Source: Lingula anatina (lineage: Eukaryota; Animalia; Brachiopoda). From it: DNA of 64,000 bases. Below the pieces are notes generated by a model, which ran no database searches, was not told the origin of the DNA, and saw only the letters and a list, made by a program, of their open reading frames with translations. Shown here piece after piece: positions 11,486 through 26,400 of this stretch; the first letter of the stretch is position 1; each line of letters starts with the position of its first letter. Position numbers and translations under genes: made by a program. The stretch is taken from contig CM120647.1 in NCBI GenBank assembly GCA_051362555.1, forward strand, positions 186,001 through 250,000, read 5' to 3'.

Positions 11486-14400
11486 GTAAGTACAGAATAC
11501 GTGTGTGTGTCTACTCCTTCTAAAACTTGTAGATTTAACCTGGTTTTATGAGGGGGAATACTAGCATTTTCATTGAAAATTGTGTGCCAAAAGACCGCCG
11601 CTCTTCATGATATGACCACGTATTAAATTGTGCTGCGAATGACAAACACTTAACATTTCTTCACATTTTCATTTCTGTTTGACGACTTAATAAACTACCT
11701 GCCAACGATCTCTCCATATCTGAGGTCATACCAGTCCTCTAGTAAACTGAATAAACGCTAACAAGCTATTTAGCAGTCTTATTAATTATGTCACTCTGAT
11801 TTTGGGATATAATAAACAAGTATGATCTAAATAATTTTAAAACCATTGAGATTTATTAACGAAAAAATCCTGAATACACTGATGTCCCTTTTGTTGGTGG
11901 TATACTGCCTATATTTGATTACATTATAAAGAAAAAAATATTAAACACTAAAAAACCTCAGGACAGAGCTTTATTACACGTTGCGTGGTCTAGTTGTATT
12001 ATTTCTTCACTCATGGTCTCTATGACTGTGCATGGTTGTGTATCATTACTGAGGTACACTTATGACATCATGTTTGTGCGTTATATTGCACATGTTAACG
12101 TGTTAAGAACGCTGCTCGTGACTGAACTTTCGGTCACATAAAAGGAACACGTTAACGTAACATCCCCCAGCCGTGGCACGTGCTCTATACTTAACATCAG
12201 TTCATTGAAGGTCCTGTGCGAGGCTTCTGCCAGTGAAACGCTGAAAAACAAACGTGGACAGGAATTAAGTATAAAGCATTTCTCCCCAGCTTTTGCTCGA
12301 ACATGATAAAATGTTTCTAATAGCAAACTTTACCAAACGTACGGCCATTTACTCTGCTTCTTGATTAATGTCAGTATGAGTCTAGTTGTTAAGTGCGCAT
12401 CTGCTGTTTAAAGTAATGTCAGTCATCATGCAGTCGATGTGCACTGTGTGCTGGTGAATGAACGAGCGTCTACTTTATTATTATTATAATTATTATTATT
12501 ATTGTAAAAAAGAGTAGACGTGTTAAAGTTTGGTTTTTATTTAGCACTACACTTACCAATCTCGTACACTTCATAGAGAGTTGACACTGAGTGCTAATGT
12601 TAGACTGTAAGTCAAGAAATCAAAACCACGGTAATAAGGTCTCCAATGAAGAGAGTTGGCGGGGTGCAGGCATCCATCTCAATGGCAGTTGTCTGGTTCA
12701 GCAGTCTAACCTTACTCATAGCCACTGCGTGTTATTTGAAGACTTTGCTAGAACACTCCTGGCATAGACATGCACGTAGAGAGCAGCTGATATTATGGTT
12801 AATATATTTCATAGCACAAGCGCACACTTTAAGCTAAGATTAGTTCAAAAAAGTTTTTTAAGAAGTGCATTAATGCACGTAGGCTGTAGCATTATCGTAG
12901 AAGGCGGCGCACAGTTCCCGTACGGGCGTTGTGCGGATCGTGATAAAGGTTAAAACTGTTGTTGGTCTCTTTTCCTACCAACTTTGGTGGTTTTAGGAAC
13001 CTTAACAAAAGTAAAGATGTTTAAAATTTAGTGTAGTTCACTTTCACGAATTTGAAGTTGTGCTTTTTCTCATTCTGACTACATGGACAACGTATCGATC
13101 TTCAAGAAAGCCGTACGGAAAGCGTACGGCAAGTGTACTGAGATTAAAGGGGTTCAGAACGATCACTTTTCTTTCATGAACCCGATCTTTTCGTTCACGA
13201 TCTCATGTCATATCATATCGTAGAAATGGCACGGTACCCGCACGTCATGTAAACGTTGTCTCTGTAGCTCTTGCTACTTACGGTGTCATAAAATCGCACA
13301 GAAAACTATACGATTTCAATACACGATGTCCGTGGCAGAAGTAATCTGGGCCTAAGTTAAATCTCACGGTCATTCGCATGTGTCAATAAGCCATCAAAGC
13401 GTCCACTATAAAAGAACTCACCTTAGTTGAACTCCAAGTGGCTGGCTTTGTTTACATGAAATATTCTCCACATGAGAGCCTCGATTGAGATCGAGTATAT
13501 AAATATGAATTTTAATTGAAATGATGCATACCGCTTCAGTGGGAATAAACGCAGAACACATGTATCTTGTGAAAACAATATCGGTAACAAACCTGCTAAA
13601 AGCGTGGATGAACATTATGTCCAAACGCGGTTAAAATTCTGGCATGGAGTATTACGTAAAGTGCATAGTGGCAAATTATAAACACAAAACGAAATTGACA
13701 TAGTTGGCGTGGTGGATCATTTCCACTTATGTCTTAATTCAGTCAATACTCGTTAGGTCTACTTATTCGACATACTGTGTCGAAACGCTTATTTTCACAC
13801 TCTTTAATCTCATGTTGCTGGCCAAGGATAAGATTTTGCTATAGGTGTGCTATAGTATTGACCCTGATTTCATTTAATTACCAATGAAGATTAAATATAT
13901 TTAAAAAAAGGCACAATGTAGTAAACTTCAGGTCATCGGGTACAGTGACCATCTAAAAATGCCCTGTGCTTAGAGTGTTGGTTGTTGCTGTCCACTCTTC
14001 AGTTCTCTTCACTGATGTTATCTATGCAATGGCATATTTGTTGGTCCTTGCAGTAGAAGGTTATATAAAGTTTTTCACCAACAATATATTTGATTGACAT
14101 CAACAATATAAGACGTATTGTTGTCTGGCACAGGGCTTAAATCCCTCACTGCCCGTGACGTATGGGACATCATAAACAGCTATGACGTGAAGTCACCCGG
14201 GCAGATCACGGTATGTTGCATGGGGTAGAGAATCCTTCCTCATTACCGTCTTGTGCGGGTTTCACCCACACCTGCTCCCTGCTTAGTTTTCCACAGACTG
14301 CTAGCATTAATTAGTCCATACTCATTGGCGAGCTTTCTATGCCAATATATTATTTTCTGGACAGAGAAAAAGCCCAATACCCGTTGTAGTAGAAGGAGAT

Positions 14401-17400
14401 TGTGCAGAAACTGCCTTATTGGAGTTATTTCCAGGTTAAGTCAGTTGGCTGCTACATTTCAAAAGCGTTCATGAATGTTCTACCTTTTAAAACATCTTGT
14501 TAAAACACACAGGCACAGCACGCTATGCTGGAAATTCATTGTTACAATACTGTTTCTTTTCACCATTCTGTGAGTTTATGCGTCTGCAAATGAAGTAATC
14601 GTCGAATTACATTTCTAGGATATTCGATCGTCTTAATTTGGTGTTTATTAATTTAACTGTCTCCTGTGACTCCCTCCAGACAAATAGTGACTCTCGAACC
14701 AATCAGTCGACTTTGAATTTGTTCGAGATCAAATTAATTGTCATTATCCTACTCTCCATTACTTAATTAACACACGGGGCAGTCAGGGAGTGGGGAGCAG
14801 TCTGGGATAAAGCTGGGGCCGGGGTGTAGGGAGTGTTGGGCAGTCTGGGATAAAGCTGGAGCCGGGGTGTAGGGAGTGGGGAGCAGTCTGGGATAAAGCT
14901 GGAGCCGGGGTGTAGGGAGTGGGGAGCAGTCTGGGATAAAGCTGGAGCCGGGGTGTAGGGAGTGTTGGGCAGTCTGGGATAAAGCTGGAGCCGGGGTGTA
15001 GGGAGTGGGGAGCAGCCTGGGATAAAGCTGGAGCCGGGGTGTAGGGAGTGGGGAGCAGTCTGGGATGAAGTTGGGGCCGGGGTAGGGCAGGGAATGAAGG
15101 CAGTGAAGGCTGTGTGTATAGGGACCCGTGTTCCTTCATTCCCAGGTTCTATTTGTAATATCGCTTGTCCATGTATGATAGATAAGATTTCAAGACCGAA
15201 TGCTGAATAGCTTCTAGAAATATGTTAATTATCAAACTGATAAAGCAAGGTAAGCCATATTGTTTCTATGTTGAGGACCATTTCCAAATAAAAATGTTTA
15301 GAATATTCTTCTAATGAATGACTCACTAACTTTGCGTGATTCGAAACAAAGTGACGGCAATAACTTAGCCTGTAAATTGTTTCCATAACAATACATGTTG
15401 AAGACACATGTAATTAACGCACCTATCGGTATAATAGAACAAAATACTTAATATTATGTAGCATTAAACTTTTGTGATTTAAATTGAATATAAATATACA
15501 TATAAAAATTGGATTGGTAAGTTTTATGGTTCCCAATGCAAAAAAAAAAAAGAGTTAGGAAAACTGAGAACTCATTTACATCTGGAATGGAAAGATGAGG
15601 GATCGATGATTGGCAGGTTACTTCTGCTGCAGTATGATGTTCAGAAGTATAATGATGGATAATTCTCTTATTAACACATGGCGTAACGTTTCTTAATGTG
15701 AACGCGGCCATCAGTTCTCCTATCATCACGCATTAATTAATCGTCTTACTGTATTTCATAATAAAAGCTCCATCTGTCTCTGTCATGTCTAGATGTGATT
15801 TAAGAAATATATCTGCACCTGATATCTAAATCGTCGTCTGCACCTGATCAGCGTCCGTCCCGTTTCCCCCTCTTCCCCCCGTCACTCGCCAGTGTATTGA
15901 TTTTATAATGATCCTTTCACTCGTGTTTGGCTTACCAAAGAAAGCCTCGCATTTCTGCTTCTCTTTCTCTCACGGTTTTGTGCGCTTTAAACAAAGGAAT
16001 ATATCAATAGAAATAGAAGGTGCAGTGCAAGCCCGATATATGCGCAGATTATATAACTACATCTAAGCGACCACTACACGTTATAGAGTGAGATCAGAGA
16101 GACGCTGAGGGTGAGATGTGGACACCGTGTACAGCAGTGGATATTACGGCGTTTTATTCCAGGGAGAACTTGCCGTTAAAGTGATGAGTTTGGAGGGGGT
16201 TATCATCAGGACGGCAGACATGGCGCCGTGGACGCCCCCTAGGACTACATCTAGTGCTGGTGCACTGTAAGTACAGCCTGGGGTGGGGTGGGGTGGGGGT
16301 GGGGGTGGGGGTGGTCCCGGGGGGGGGGGGAGGTGACGGGAGGTAGTGCACCTGCCCAATGTCTACACATTTCATGTACTTGGCGCTTTGACGAATGGTC
16401 TTCTAAAGACGACATAAATCACAACTTTACTTAACTGCGTTACATTGCCTCTTACATATATTTTATCTACAGTTCAATAAAGATACATTATAACGTAACC
16501 GTATAGCACAGAAGGGGGTTAAGACTCAGGGAGAGTGGCACGCTGGCTCAGACTGGACCCAGGGGTGTCTCGTGATGTTTAGATTGATATTTGCGCGTTT
16601 TGTGTTTTTCGTTCAAATCAGTGTTTATTTTCACGACGCTAACGATTCCTTTCGTGAACTCTATCCGCTTAAATCATGTATAGAAGATATATGGGGTATA
16701 TCAAGTAAAGAAGGTTTGGGAGGTATAGTACAGGTATAGAAGATATAGCAGGTATATCAAGTGAAGAAAGTATGGGAGGTATAGTACAGGTATAGAAGAT
16801 ATAGCAGGTATATCAAGTAAAGAAGGTATGGGAGGTATAGTACAGGTATAGAAGATATAGCAGGTATATCAAGTGAAGAAGGTATGAGAGGTATAGTACA
16901 GGTATAGAAGATATAGCAGGTATATCAAGTGAAGAAGGTATAAGAGGTATAGTACAGGTATAGAAGATATAGCAGGTATATCAAGTAAAGAAGGTATGGG
17001 AGGTATAGTACAGGTATAGAAGATATAGCAGGTATATCAAGTGAAGAAGGTATGAGAGGTATAGTACAGGTATAGAAGATATAGCAGGTATATCAAGTGA
17101 AGAAGGTATGGGAGGTATAGTACAGGTATAGAAGATATAGCAGGTATATCAAGTGAAGAAGGTATGGGAGGTATGGTGCAGGTATAGAAGATATAGCGGG
17201 TATATCAAGTGAAGAAGGTATGAGAGGTATAGTACAGGTATAGAAGATATAGCGGGTATATCAAGTGAAGAAGGTATGAGAGGTATAGTACAGGTATAGA
17301 AGATATAGCAGGTATATCAAGTGAAGAAGGTATGAGAGGTATAGTACAGGTATAGAAGATATAGCAGGTATATCAAGTGAAAAAGGTATGAGAGGTATAG

Positions 17401-20400
17401 TACAGGTATAGAAGATATAGCAGGTATATCAAGTGAAGAAGGTATAAGAGGTATAGTACAGGTATAGAAGATATAGCAGGTATATCAAGTGAAGAAGGTA
17501 TAAGAGGTATAGTACAGGTATAGAAGATATAGCAGGTATATCAAGTAAAGAAGGTATGGGAGGTATAGTACAGGTATAGAAGATATAGCAGGTATATCAA
17601 GTGAAGAAGGTATGAGAGGTATATTACAGGTATAGAAGATATAGCAGGTATATCAAGTAAAGAAGGTATGGGAGGTATAGTACAGGTATAGAAGATATAG
17701 CAGGTATATCAAGTGAAGAAGGTATGGGAGGTATAGTACAGGTATAGAAGATATAGCAGGTATATCAAGTGAAGAAGGTATGGGAGGTATGGTGCAGGTA
17801 TAGAAGATATAGCGGGTATATCAAGTGAAGAAGGTATGAGAGGTATAGTACAGGTATAGAAGATATAGCGGGTATATCAAGTGAAGAAGGTATGAGAGGT
17901 ATAGTACAGGTATAGAAGATATAGCAGGTATATCAAGTGAAGAAGGTATGAGAGGTATAGTACAGGTATAGAAGATATAGCAGGTATATCAAGTGAAAAA
18001 GGTATGAGAGGTATAGTACAGGTATAGAAGATATAGCAGGTATATCAAGTGAAGAAGGTATGAGAGGTATAGTACAGGTATAGAAGATATAGCAGGTATA
18101 TCAAGTGAAGAAGGTATAAGAGGTATAGTACAGGTATAGAAGATGTAGCAGGTATATCAAGTGAAGAAGGTATAAGAGGTATAGTACAGGTTTAGAAGAT
18201 ATAGCGGGTATATCAAGTGAAGAAGGTATGAGAGGTATAGTACAGGTATAGGTATAGAAGATATAGCGGGTATAGCAGTATAGTACAGGTATAGAAGATA
18301 TAGCAAGTATATCAAGTGAAGAAGGTATGAGAGGTATAGTACAGGTAAAGAAGATATAGCGGGTATGTCAAGTAAAGAAGGTATGAGAGGTATAGTACAG
18401 GTATAGAAGATATAGCAGGTATATCAAGTAAAGAAGGTATGAGAGGTAAAGTACAGGTACAGAAGATATATCAGGTATATCAAGTGAAGAAGGTATGAGA
18501 GGTATAGTACAGGTACAGAAGATATAGCGGGTATATCAAGTGAAGAAGGTTTGAGAGGTATAGAACAGGTACAGAAGATATAGCGGGTATATCAAGTGAA
18601 GAAGGTATGAGAGGTATATTACAGGTATAGAAGATATAGCAGGTATATCAAGTGAAGAAGGTATGAGAGGTATAGTACAGGTATAGGTATAGAAGATATA
18701 GCGGGTATAGCGGTATAGTATAGGTATAGAAGATATAGCAGGTATATCAAGTGAAGAAGTTATGAGAGGTATAGTACAGGTATAGAATATATAGCAGGTA
18801 TGTCAAGTGAAGAAGGTATGGGAGGTATAGTACAGGTATAGAAGATATAGTAGGTATATCAAGTAAAGAAGGTATGGGAGGTATAGTACAGGTATAGAAG
18901 ATATAGCAGGTATATCAAGTAAAGAAGGTGTGAGAGGTATAGTACAGGTATAGAAGATATAGCGGGTATATCAAGTGAAGAAGGTATGAGAGGTATAGTA
19001 CAGGTATAGGTATAGAAGATATAGCGGGTATAGCGGTATAGTATAGGTATAGAAGATATAGCAGGTATATCAAGTGAAGAAGGTATGAGAGGTATAGTGC
19101 AGGTATAGAAGATATAGCAGGTATATCAAGTAAAGAAGGTATGGGAGGTATAGTACAGGTATAGAAGATATAGCAGGTATATCAAGTGAAGAAGGTATGA
19201 GAGGTATAGTACAGGTATAGAAGATATAGCAGGTATATCAAGTGAAGAAGGTTTGAGAGGTATAGTACAGGTGCAGAAGATATGGCTTGTATATCAAGTG
19301 AAGAAGGTATGAGAGGTATAGTACAGGTATAGGTATAGAAGATATAGCGGGTATAGCGGTATAGTATAGGTATAGAATATATAGCAGGTATATCAAGTGA
19401 AGAAGGTATAAGAGGTATAGTACAGGTATAGAAGATGTAGCAGGTATATCAAGTGAAGAAGGTATGAGAGGTATAGTACAGGTATAGAAGATATAGCAGG
19501 TATATCAAGTGAAGAAGGTATAAAAGGTATAGTACAGGTATAGAAGATATAGCAGGTATATCAAGTGAAGAAGGTCTAAGAGGTATATTACAGGTATAGA
19601 AGATGTAGCAGGTATATCAAGTGAAGAAGGTATAAGAGGTATAGTACAGGTATAGAAGATATAGCGGGTATATCAAGTGAAGAAGGTGTGAGAGGTATAG
19701 TACAGGTATAGGTATAGAAGATATAGCGGGTATAGCGGTATAGTACAGGTATAGAAGATATAGCAGGTATATCAAGTGAAGAAGGTATGAGAGGTATAGT
19801 ACAGGTATAGAAGATATAGCGGGTATATCAAGTAAAGAAGGTATGAGAGGTATAGTACAGGTATAGAAGATATAGCAGGTATATCAAGTAAAGAAGGTAT
19901 GAGAGGTATAGTACAGGTACAGAAGATATAGCAGGTATATCAAGTGAAGAAGGTATGAGAGGTATAGTACAGGTACAGAAGATATAGCGGGTATATCAAG
20001 TGAAGAAGGTATGAGAGGTATAGTACAGGTACAGAAGATATAGCGGGTATATCAAGTGAAGAAGGTATGAGAGGTATAGTACAGGTATAGGTATAGAAGA
20101 TATAACGGGTATAGCGGTATAGTATAGGTATAGAAGATATAGCAGGTATATCAAGTGAAGAAGGTATTAGAGGTATAGTACAGGTATAGAATATATAGCA
20201 GGTATATCAAGTGAAGAAGGTATGGGATGTATAGTACAGGTATAGAATATATAGCAGGTATACCAAGTGAAGAAGGTATGGGAGGTATAGTACAGGTATA
20301 GAAGATATAGTAGGTATATCAAGTAAAGAAGGTATGGGAGGTATAGTACAGGTATAGAAGATATAGCAGGTATATCAAGTGAAGAAGGTATGAGAGGTAT

Positions 20401-23400
20401 AGTACAGGTATAGAAGATATAGCGGGTATATCAAGTGAAGAAGGTATGAGAGGTATAGTACAGGTATAGAAGATATAGCGGGTATATTAAGTGAAGAAGG
20501 TATGGGAGGTATAGTACAGGTATAGAAGATATAGCAGGTATATCAAGTGAAGAAGTTATGAGAGGTATAGTACAGGTATAGAAGATATAGCAGGTATATC
20601 AAGTGAAGAAGGTATGAGAGGTATAGTACAGGTATAGAAGATATAGCAGGTATATCAAGTGAAGAAGGTATGAGAGGTATAGTACAGGTATAGGTATAGA
20701 AGATATAGCGGGTATAGCGGTATAGTATAGGTAAAGAAGATATAGCAGGTATATCAAGTGAAGAAGGTATGAGAGGTATAGTATAGGTATAGAAGATATA
20801 GCAGGTATATCAAGTAAAGAATGTATGGGAGGTATAGTACAGGTATAGAAGATAAAGCAGGTATATCAAGTGAAGAAGTTATGAGAGGTATAGTACAGGT
20901 ATAGAAGATATAGCAGGTATATCAAGTGAAGAAGGTATAAGAGGTATAGTACAGGTATAGAAGATATAGCAGGTATATCAAGTGAAGAAGGTATAAGAGG
21001 TATAGTACAGGTATAGAAGATGTAGCAGGTATATCAAGTGAAGAAGGTATAAGAGGTATAGTACAGGTATAGAAGATATAGCGGGTATATCAAGTGAAGA
21101 AGGTATGAGAGGTATAGTACAGGTATAGGTATAGAAGATATAGCGGGTATAGCAGTATAGTACAGGTATAGAAGATATAGCAGGTATATCAAGTGAAGAA
21201 GGTATGAGAGGTATAGTACAGGTATAGAAGATATAGCGGGTATATCAAGTAAAGAAGGTATCAGAGGTATAGTACAGGTATAGAAGATATAGCAGGTATA
21301 TCAAGTAAAGAAGGTATGAGAGGTAAAGTACAGGTACAGAAGATATATCAGGTATATCAAGTGAAGAAGGTATGAGAGGTATAGTACAGGTACAGAAGAT
21401 ATAGCGGGTATATCAAGTGAAGAAGGTATGAGAGGTATAGTACAGGTATAGAAGATATAGCGGGTATATCAAGTGAAGAAGGTATGAGAGGTATAGTACA
21501 GGTATAGGTATAGAAGATATAGCGGGTATAGCGGTATAGTATAGGTATAGAAGATATAGCAGGTATATCAAGTGAAGAAGGTATGAGAGGTAAAGTACAG
21601 GTACAGAAGATATATCAGGTATATCAAGTGAAGAAGGTATGAGAGGTATAGTACAGGTACAGAAGATATAGCGGGTATATCAAGTGAAGAAGGTTTGAGA
21701 GGTATAGAACTGGTACAGAAGATATAGCGGGTATATCAAGTGAAGAAGGTATGAGAGGTATAGTACAGGTATAGGTATAGAAGATATAGCGGGTATAGCG
21801 GTATAGTATAGGTATAGAAGATATAGCAGGTATATCAAGTGAAGAAGTTATGAGAGGTATAGTACAGGTATAGAATATATAGCAGGTATGTCAAGTGAAG
21901 AAGGTATGGGAGGTATAGTACAGGTATAGAAGATATAGTAGGTATATCAAGTGAAGAAGGTATGGGAGGTATAGTACAGGTATATAAGATATAGCAGGTA
22001 TATCAAGTGAAGAAGGTATGAGAGGTATAGTACAGGTATAGAAGATAAAGCAGGTATATCAAGTGAAGAAGGTATGAGAGGTATAGTACAGGTGCAGAAG
22101 ATATGGCTTGTATATCAAGTGAAGAAGGTATGAGAGGTATAGTACAGGTATAGGTATAGAAGATAAAGCGGGTATAGCGGTATAGTATAGGTATAGAATA
22201 TATAGCAGGTATATCAAGTGAAGAAGGTATAAGAGGTATAGTACAGGTATAGAAGATGTAGCAGGTATATCAAGTGAAGAAGGTATGAGAGGTATAGTAC
22301 AGGTATAGAAGATATAGCGGGTATATCAAGTGAAGAATGTATGAGAGGTATAGTACAGGTACAGAAGATATAGCGGGTATATCAAGTGAAGAAGGTATGA
22401 GAGGTATAGTACAGGTATAGAAGATATAGCAGGTATATCAAGTGAAGAAGGTATAAGAGGTATATTACAGGTATAGAAGATGTAGCAGGTATATCAAGTG
22501 AAGAAGGTGTGAGAGGTATAGTACAGGTATAGGTATAGAAGATATAGCGGGTATAGCGGTATAGTACAGGTATAGAAGATATAGCAGGTATATCAAGTGA
22601 AAAAGGTATGAGAGGTATAGTACAGGTATAGAAGATATAGCGGGTATATCAAGTAAAGAAGGTATGAGAGGTATAGTACAGGTATAGAAGATATAGCGGG
22701 TATATCAAGTAAAGAAGGTATGAGAGGTATAGTACAGGTACAGAAGATATAGCAGGTATATCAAGTGAAGAATGTATGAGAGGTATAGTACAGGTACAGA
22801 AGATATAGCGGGTATATCAAGTGAAGAAGGTATGAGAGGTATAGTACAGGTACAGAAGATATAGCGGGTATATCAAGTGAAGAAGGTATGAGAGGTATAG
22901 TACAGGTATAGGTATAGAAGATAAAGCGGGTATAGCGGTATAGTATAGGTATAGAATATATAGCAGGTATATCAAGTGAAGAAGGTATAAGAGGTATAGT
23001 ACAGGTATAGAAGATGTAGCAGGTATATCAAGTGAAGAAGGTATGAGAGGTATAGTACAGGTATAGAAGATATAGCGGGTATATCAAGTGAAGAATGTAT
23101 GAGAGGTATAGTACAGGTACAGAAGATATAGCGGGTATATCAAGTGAAGAAGGTATGAGAGGTATAGTACAGGTATAGAAGATATAGCAGGTATATCAAG
23201 TGAAGAAGGTATAAGAGGTATATTACAGGTATAGAAGATGTAGCAGGTATATCAAGTGAAGAAGGTGTGAGAGGTATAGTACAGGTATAGGTATAGAAGA
23301 TATAGCGGGTATAGCGGTATAGTACAGGTATAGAAGATATAGCAGGTATATCAAGTGAAAAAGGTATGAGAGGTATAGTACAGGTATAGAAGATATAGCG

Positions 23401-26400
23401 GGTATATCAAGTAAAGAAGGTATGAGAGGTATAGTACAGGTATAGAAGATATAGCGGGTATATCAAGTAAAGAAGGTATGAGAGGTATAGTACAGGTACA
23501 GAAGATATAGCAGGTATATCAAGTGAAGAATGTATGAGAGGTATAGTACAGGTACAGAAGATATAGCGGGTATATCAAGTGAAGAAGGTATGAGAGGTAT
23601 AGTACAGGTACAGAAGATATAGCGGGTATATCAAGTGAAGAAGGTATGAGAGGTATAGTACAGGTATAGGTATAGAAGATATAGCGGGTATAGCGGTATA
23701 GTATAGGTATAGAAGATATAGCAGGTATATCAAGTGAAGAAGGTATTAGAGGTATAGTACAGGTATAGAATATATAGCAGGTATATCAAGTGAAGAAGGT
23801 ATGGGAGGTATAGTACAGGTATAGAATATATAGCAGGTATATCAAGTGAAGAAGGTATGGGAGGTATAGTACAGGTATAGAAGATATAGTAGGTATATCA
23901 AGTAAAGAAGGTATGGGAGGTATAGTACAGGTATAGAAGATATAGCAGGTATATCAAGTAAAGAAGGTATGAGAGGTATAGTACAGGTATAGAAGATATA
24001 GCGGGTATATCAAGTGAAGAAGGTATGAGAGGTATAGTACAGGTATAGAAGATATAGCGGGTATATCAAGTGAAGAAGGTATAAGAGGTATAGTACAGGT
24101 ACAGAAGATATAGCAGGTATATCAAGTGAAGAAGGTATAAGAGGTATAGTACAGGTACAGAAGATATAGCGGGTATATCAAGTGAAGAAGGTATGAGAGG
24201 TATAGTACAGGTATAGGTATAGAAGATATAGCGGGTATAGCGGTATAGTATAAGTATAGAAGATATAGCAGGTATATCAAGTGAAGAAGGTATGAGAGGT
24301 ATAGTACAGGTATAGAAGATATAGCAGGTATATCAAGTAAAGAAGGTATGAGAGGTATAGTACAGGTATAGAAGATATAGCGGGTATATCAAGTGAAGAA
24401 GGTATGAGAGGTATAGTACAGGTATAGAAGATATAGCGGGTATATCAAGTGAAGAAGGTATGAGAGGTATAGTACAGGTATAGAAGATATAGCAGGTATA
24501 TCAAGTGAAGAAGGTATAAGAGGTATAGTACAGGTACAGAAGATATAGCGGGTATATCAAGTGAAGAAGGTATGAGAGGTATAGTACAGGTATAGGTATA
24601 GAAGATATAGCGGGTATAGCGGTATAGTATAGGTATAGAAGATATAGCAGGTATATCAAGTGAAGAAGGTATGAGAGGTATAGTATAGGTATAGAAGATA
24701 TAGCAGGTATATCAAGTAAAGAAGGTATGGGAGGTATAGTACAGGTATAGAAGATATAGCAGGTATATCAAGTGAAGAAGTTATGAGAGGTATAGTACAG
24801 GTATAGAAGATATAGCAGGTATATCAAGTGAAGAAGGTATGAGAGGTATAGTACAGGTATAGAAGATATAGCAGGTATATCAAGTGAAGAAGGTATGAGA
24901 GGTATAGTACAGGTGCAGAAGATATAGCGGGTATATCAAGTGAAGAAGGTATGAGAGGTATAGTACAGGTATAGGTATAGAAGATATAGCGGGTATAGCG
25001 GTATAGTATAGGTATAGAATATATAGCAGGTATATCAAGTGAAGAAGGTATGAGAGGTATAGTACAGGTATAGAATATATAGCAGGTATATCAAGTGAAG
25101 AAGGTATGGGAGGTATAGTACAGGTATAGAAGATATAGCAGGTATATCAAGTAAAGAAGGTATGGGAGGTATAGTACAGGTATAGAAGATATAGCAGGTA
25201 TATCAAGTGAAGAAGGTATGGGAGGTATGGTGCAGGTATATTAGGTATCTAGGGTATAGCTGGTAAGGAAGTATATCAGCTATATCAGTGGGCGTCTCTC
25301 ATAAAATTGTGTCCTCTTGCTAAAAATGGCCGTGTGGTATAGTCCGTGTGGTATAGTCCGTGTGATATAGTTCGTGTAGTATAGTCCGTGTGATATAGTC
25401 CGTGTGATATAGTTCGTGTGGTATAGTCCATGTGGTATAGTTCGTGTGGTATAGTCCGTGTGATATAGTCCGTGTGGTATAGTCCGTGTGGTATAGTCCG
25501 TGTAATGTAGTCCGTGTGGTATAGTCCGTGTGATATAGTCCGTAGTCACATAAGGCTCGTTAGACAATGACAATATCATGTATTTGTATACAGCAGGTTT
25601 ACCTGGTTTATTTCACAGCAGAGAAGACGCTATTAAGCCGGCTGTTTATATCTGTCTCTAATAGGTCAGTAGTGGACTTGGCCTTCAAAGTAGCCAGAGA
25701 AGAAAATGTTGGAGCCAAATTTAGACTGTGCCAGTATATCGGCGCTGTAGATAGTGTATATATAAATACTGTGTATATAGTATATACGTCATCTGTACGG
25801 CAGAACTGCTGGTATGAATATGCCGTATAAATATCATCAGATATGACGCAGACAGGAGAGCTTTACTGAAGATTACTAGGAATTAAAACACAATATTGAG
25901 GTAGGCTGCTGACATATATACCACCACAGGTGACTAAGATTTCATAGCTTTACTGAAGATTACTAGGAATTAAAACACAATATTGAGGTAGGCTGCTGAC
26001 ATATATACCACCACAGGTGACCAAGATTTCATAGCTTTACTGTAGATTACTAGGAATTTAAACACAATATTGAGGTAGGCTGCTGAAATGTGCTACACAA
26101 TTGTATATAAACACAGGTGACCCAGACTTTTTAGTTCTCCTGAAGATATCTAGGAATTTTAAAAACACGGTAATGAGGTAGGATGCTGTAAACATTGCAT
26201 TGTATGGTAAAATGCCTTCACTTCATGCGTAGTCAATTGTTGTTCAGACAACAGAGAGCAGATTTCTTCGCAGTAAGTCTAGAATCACTCAGGTCTACAG
26301 TATAGATCCCTTATGCACATCTGATTTGTTAAGAACTATTGTGTTGTTGGATTAGTTCTATAGTTTAGACTGGTTATAGAACGAGAGAGGGTTGTAATGA

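Noticed and set aside
12880-13354. Possible old MITE (TAGGC...GGCCTAA, CCGTACGG motifs)
   Set aside because: Termini too degenerate to define TIRs or a TSD by eye.
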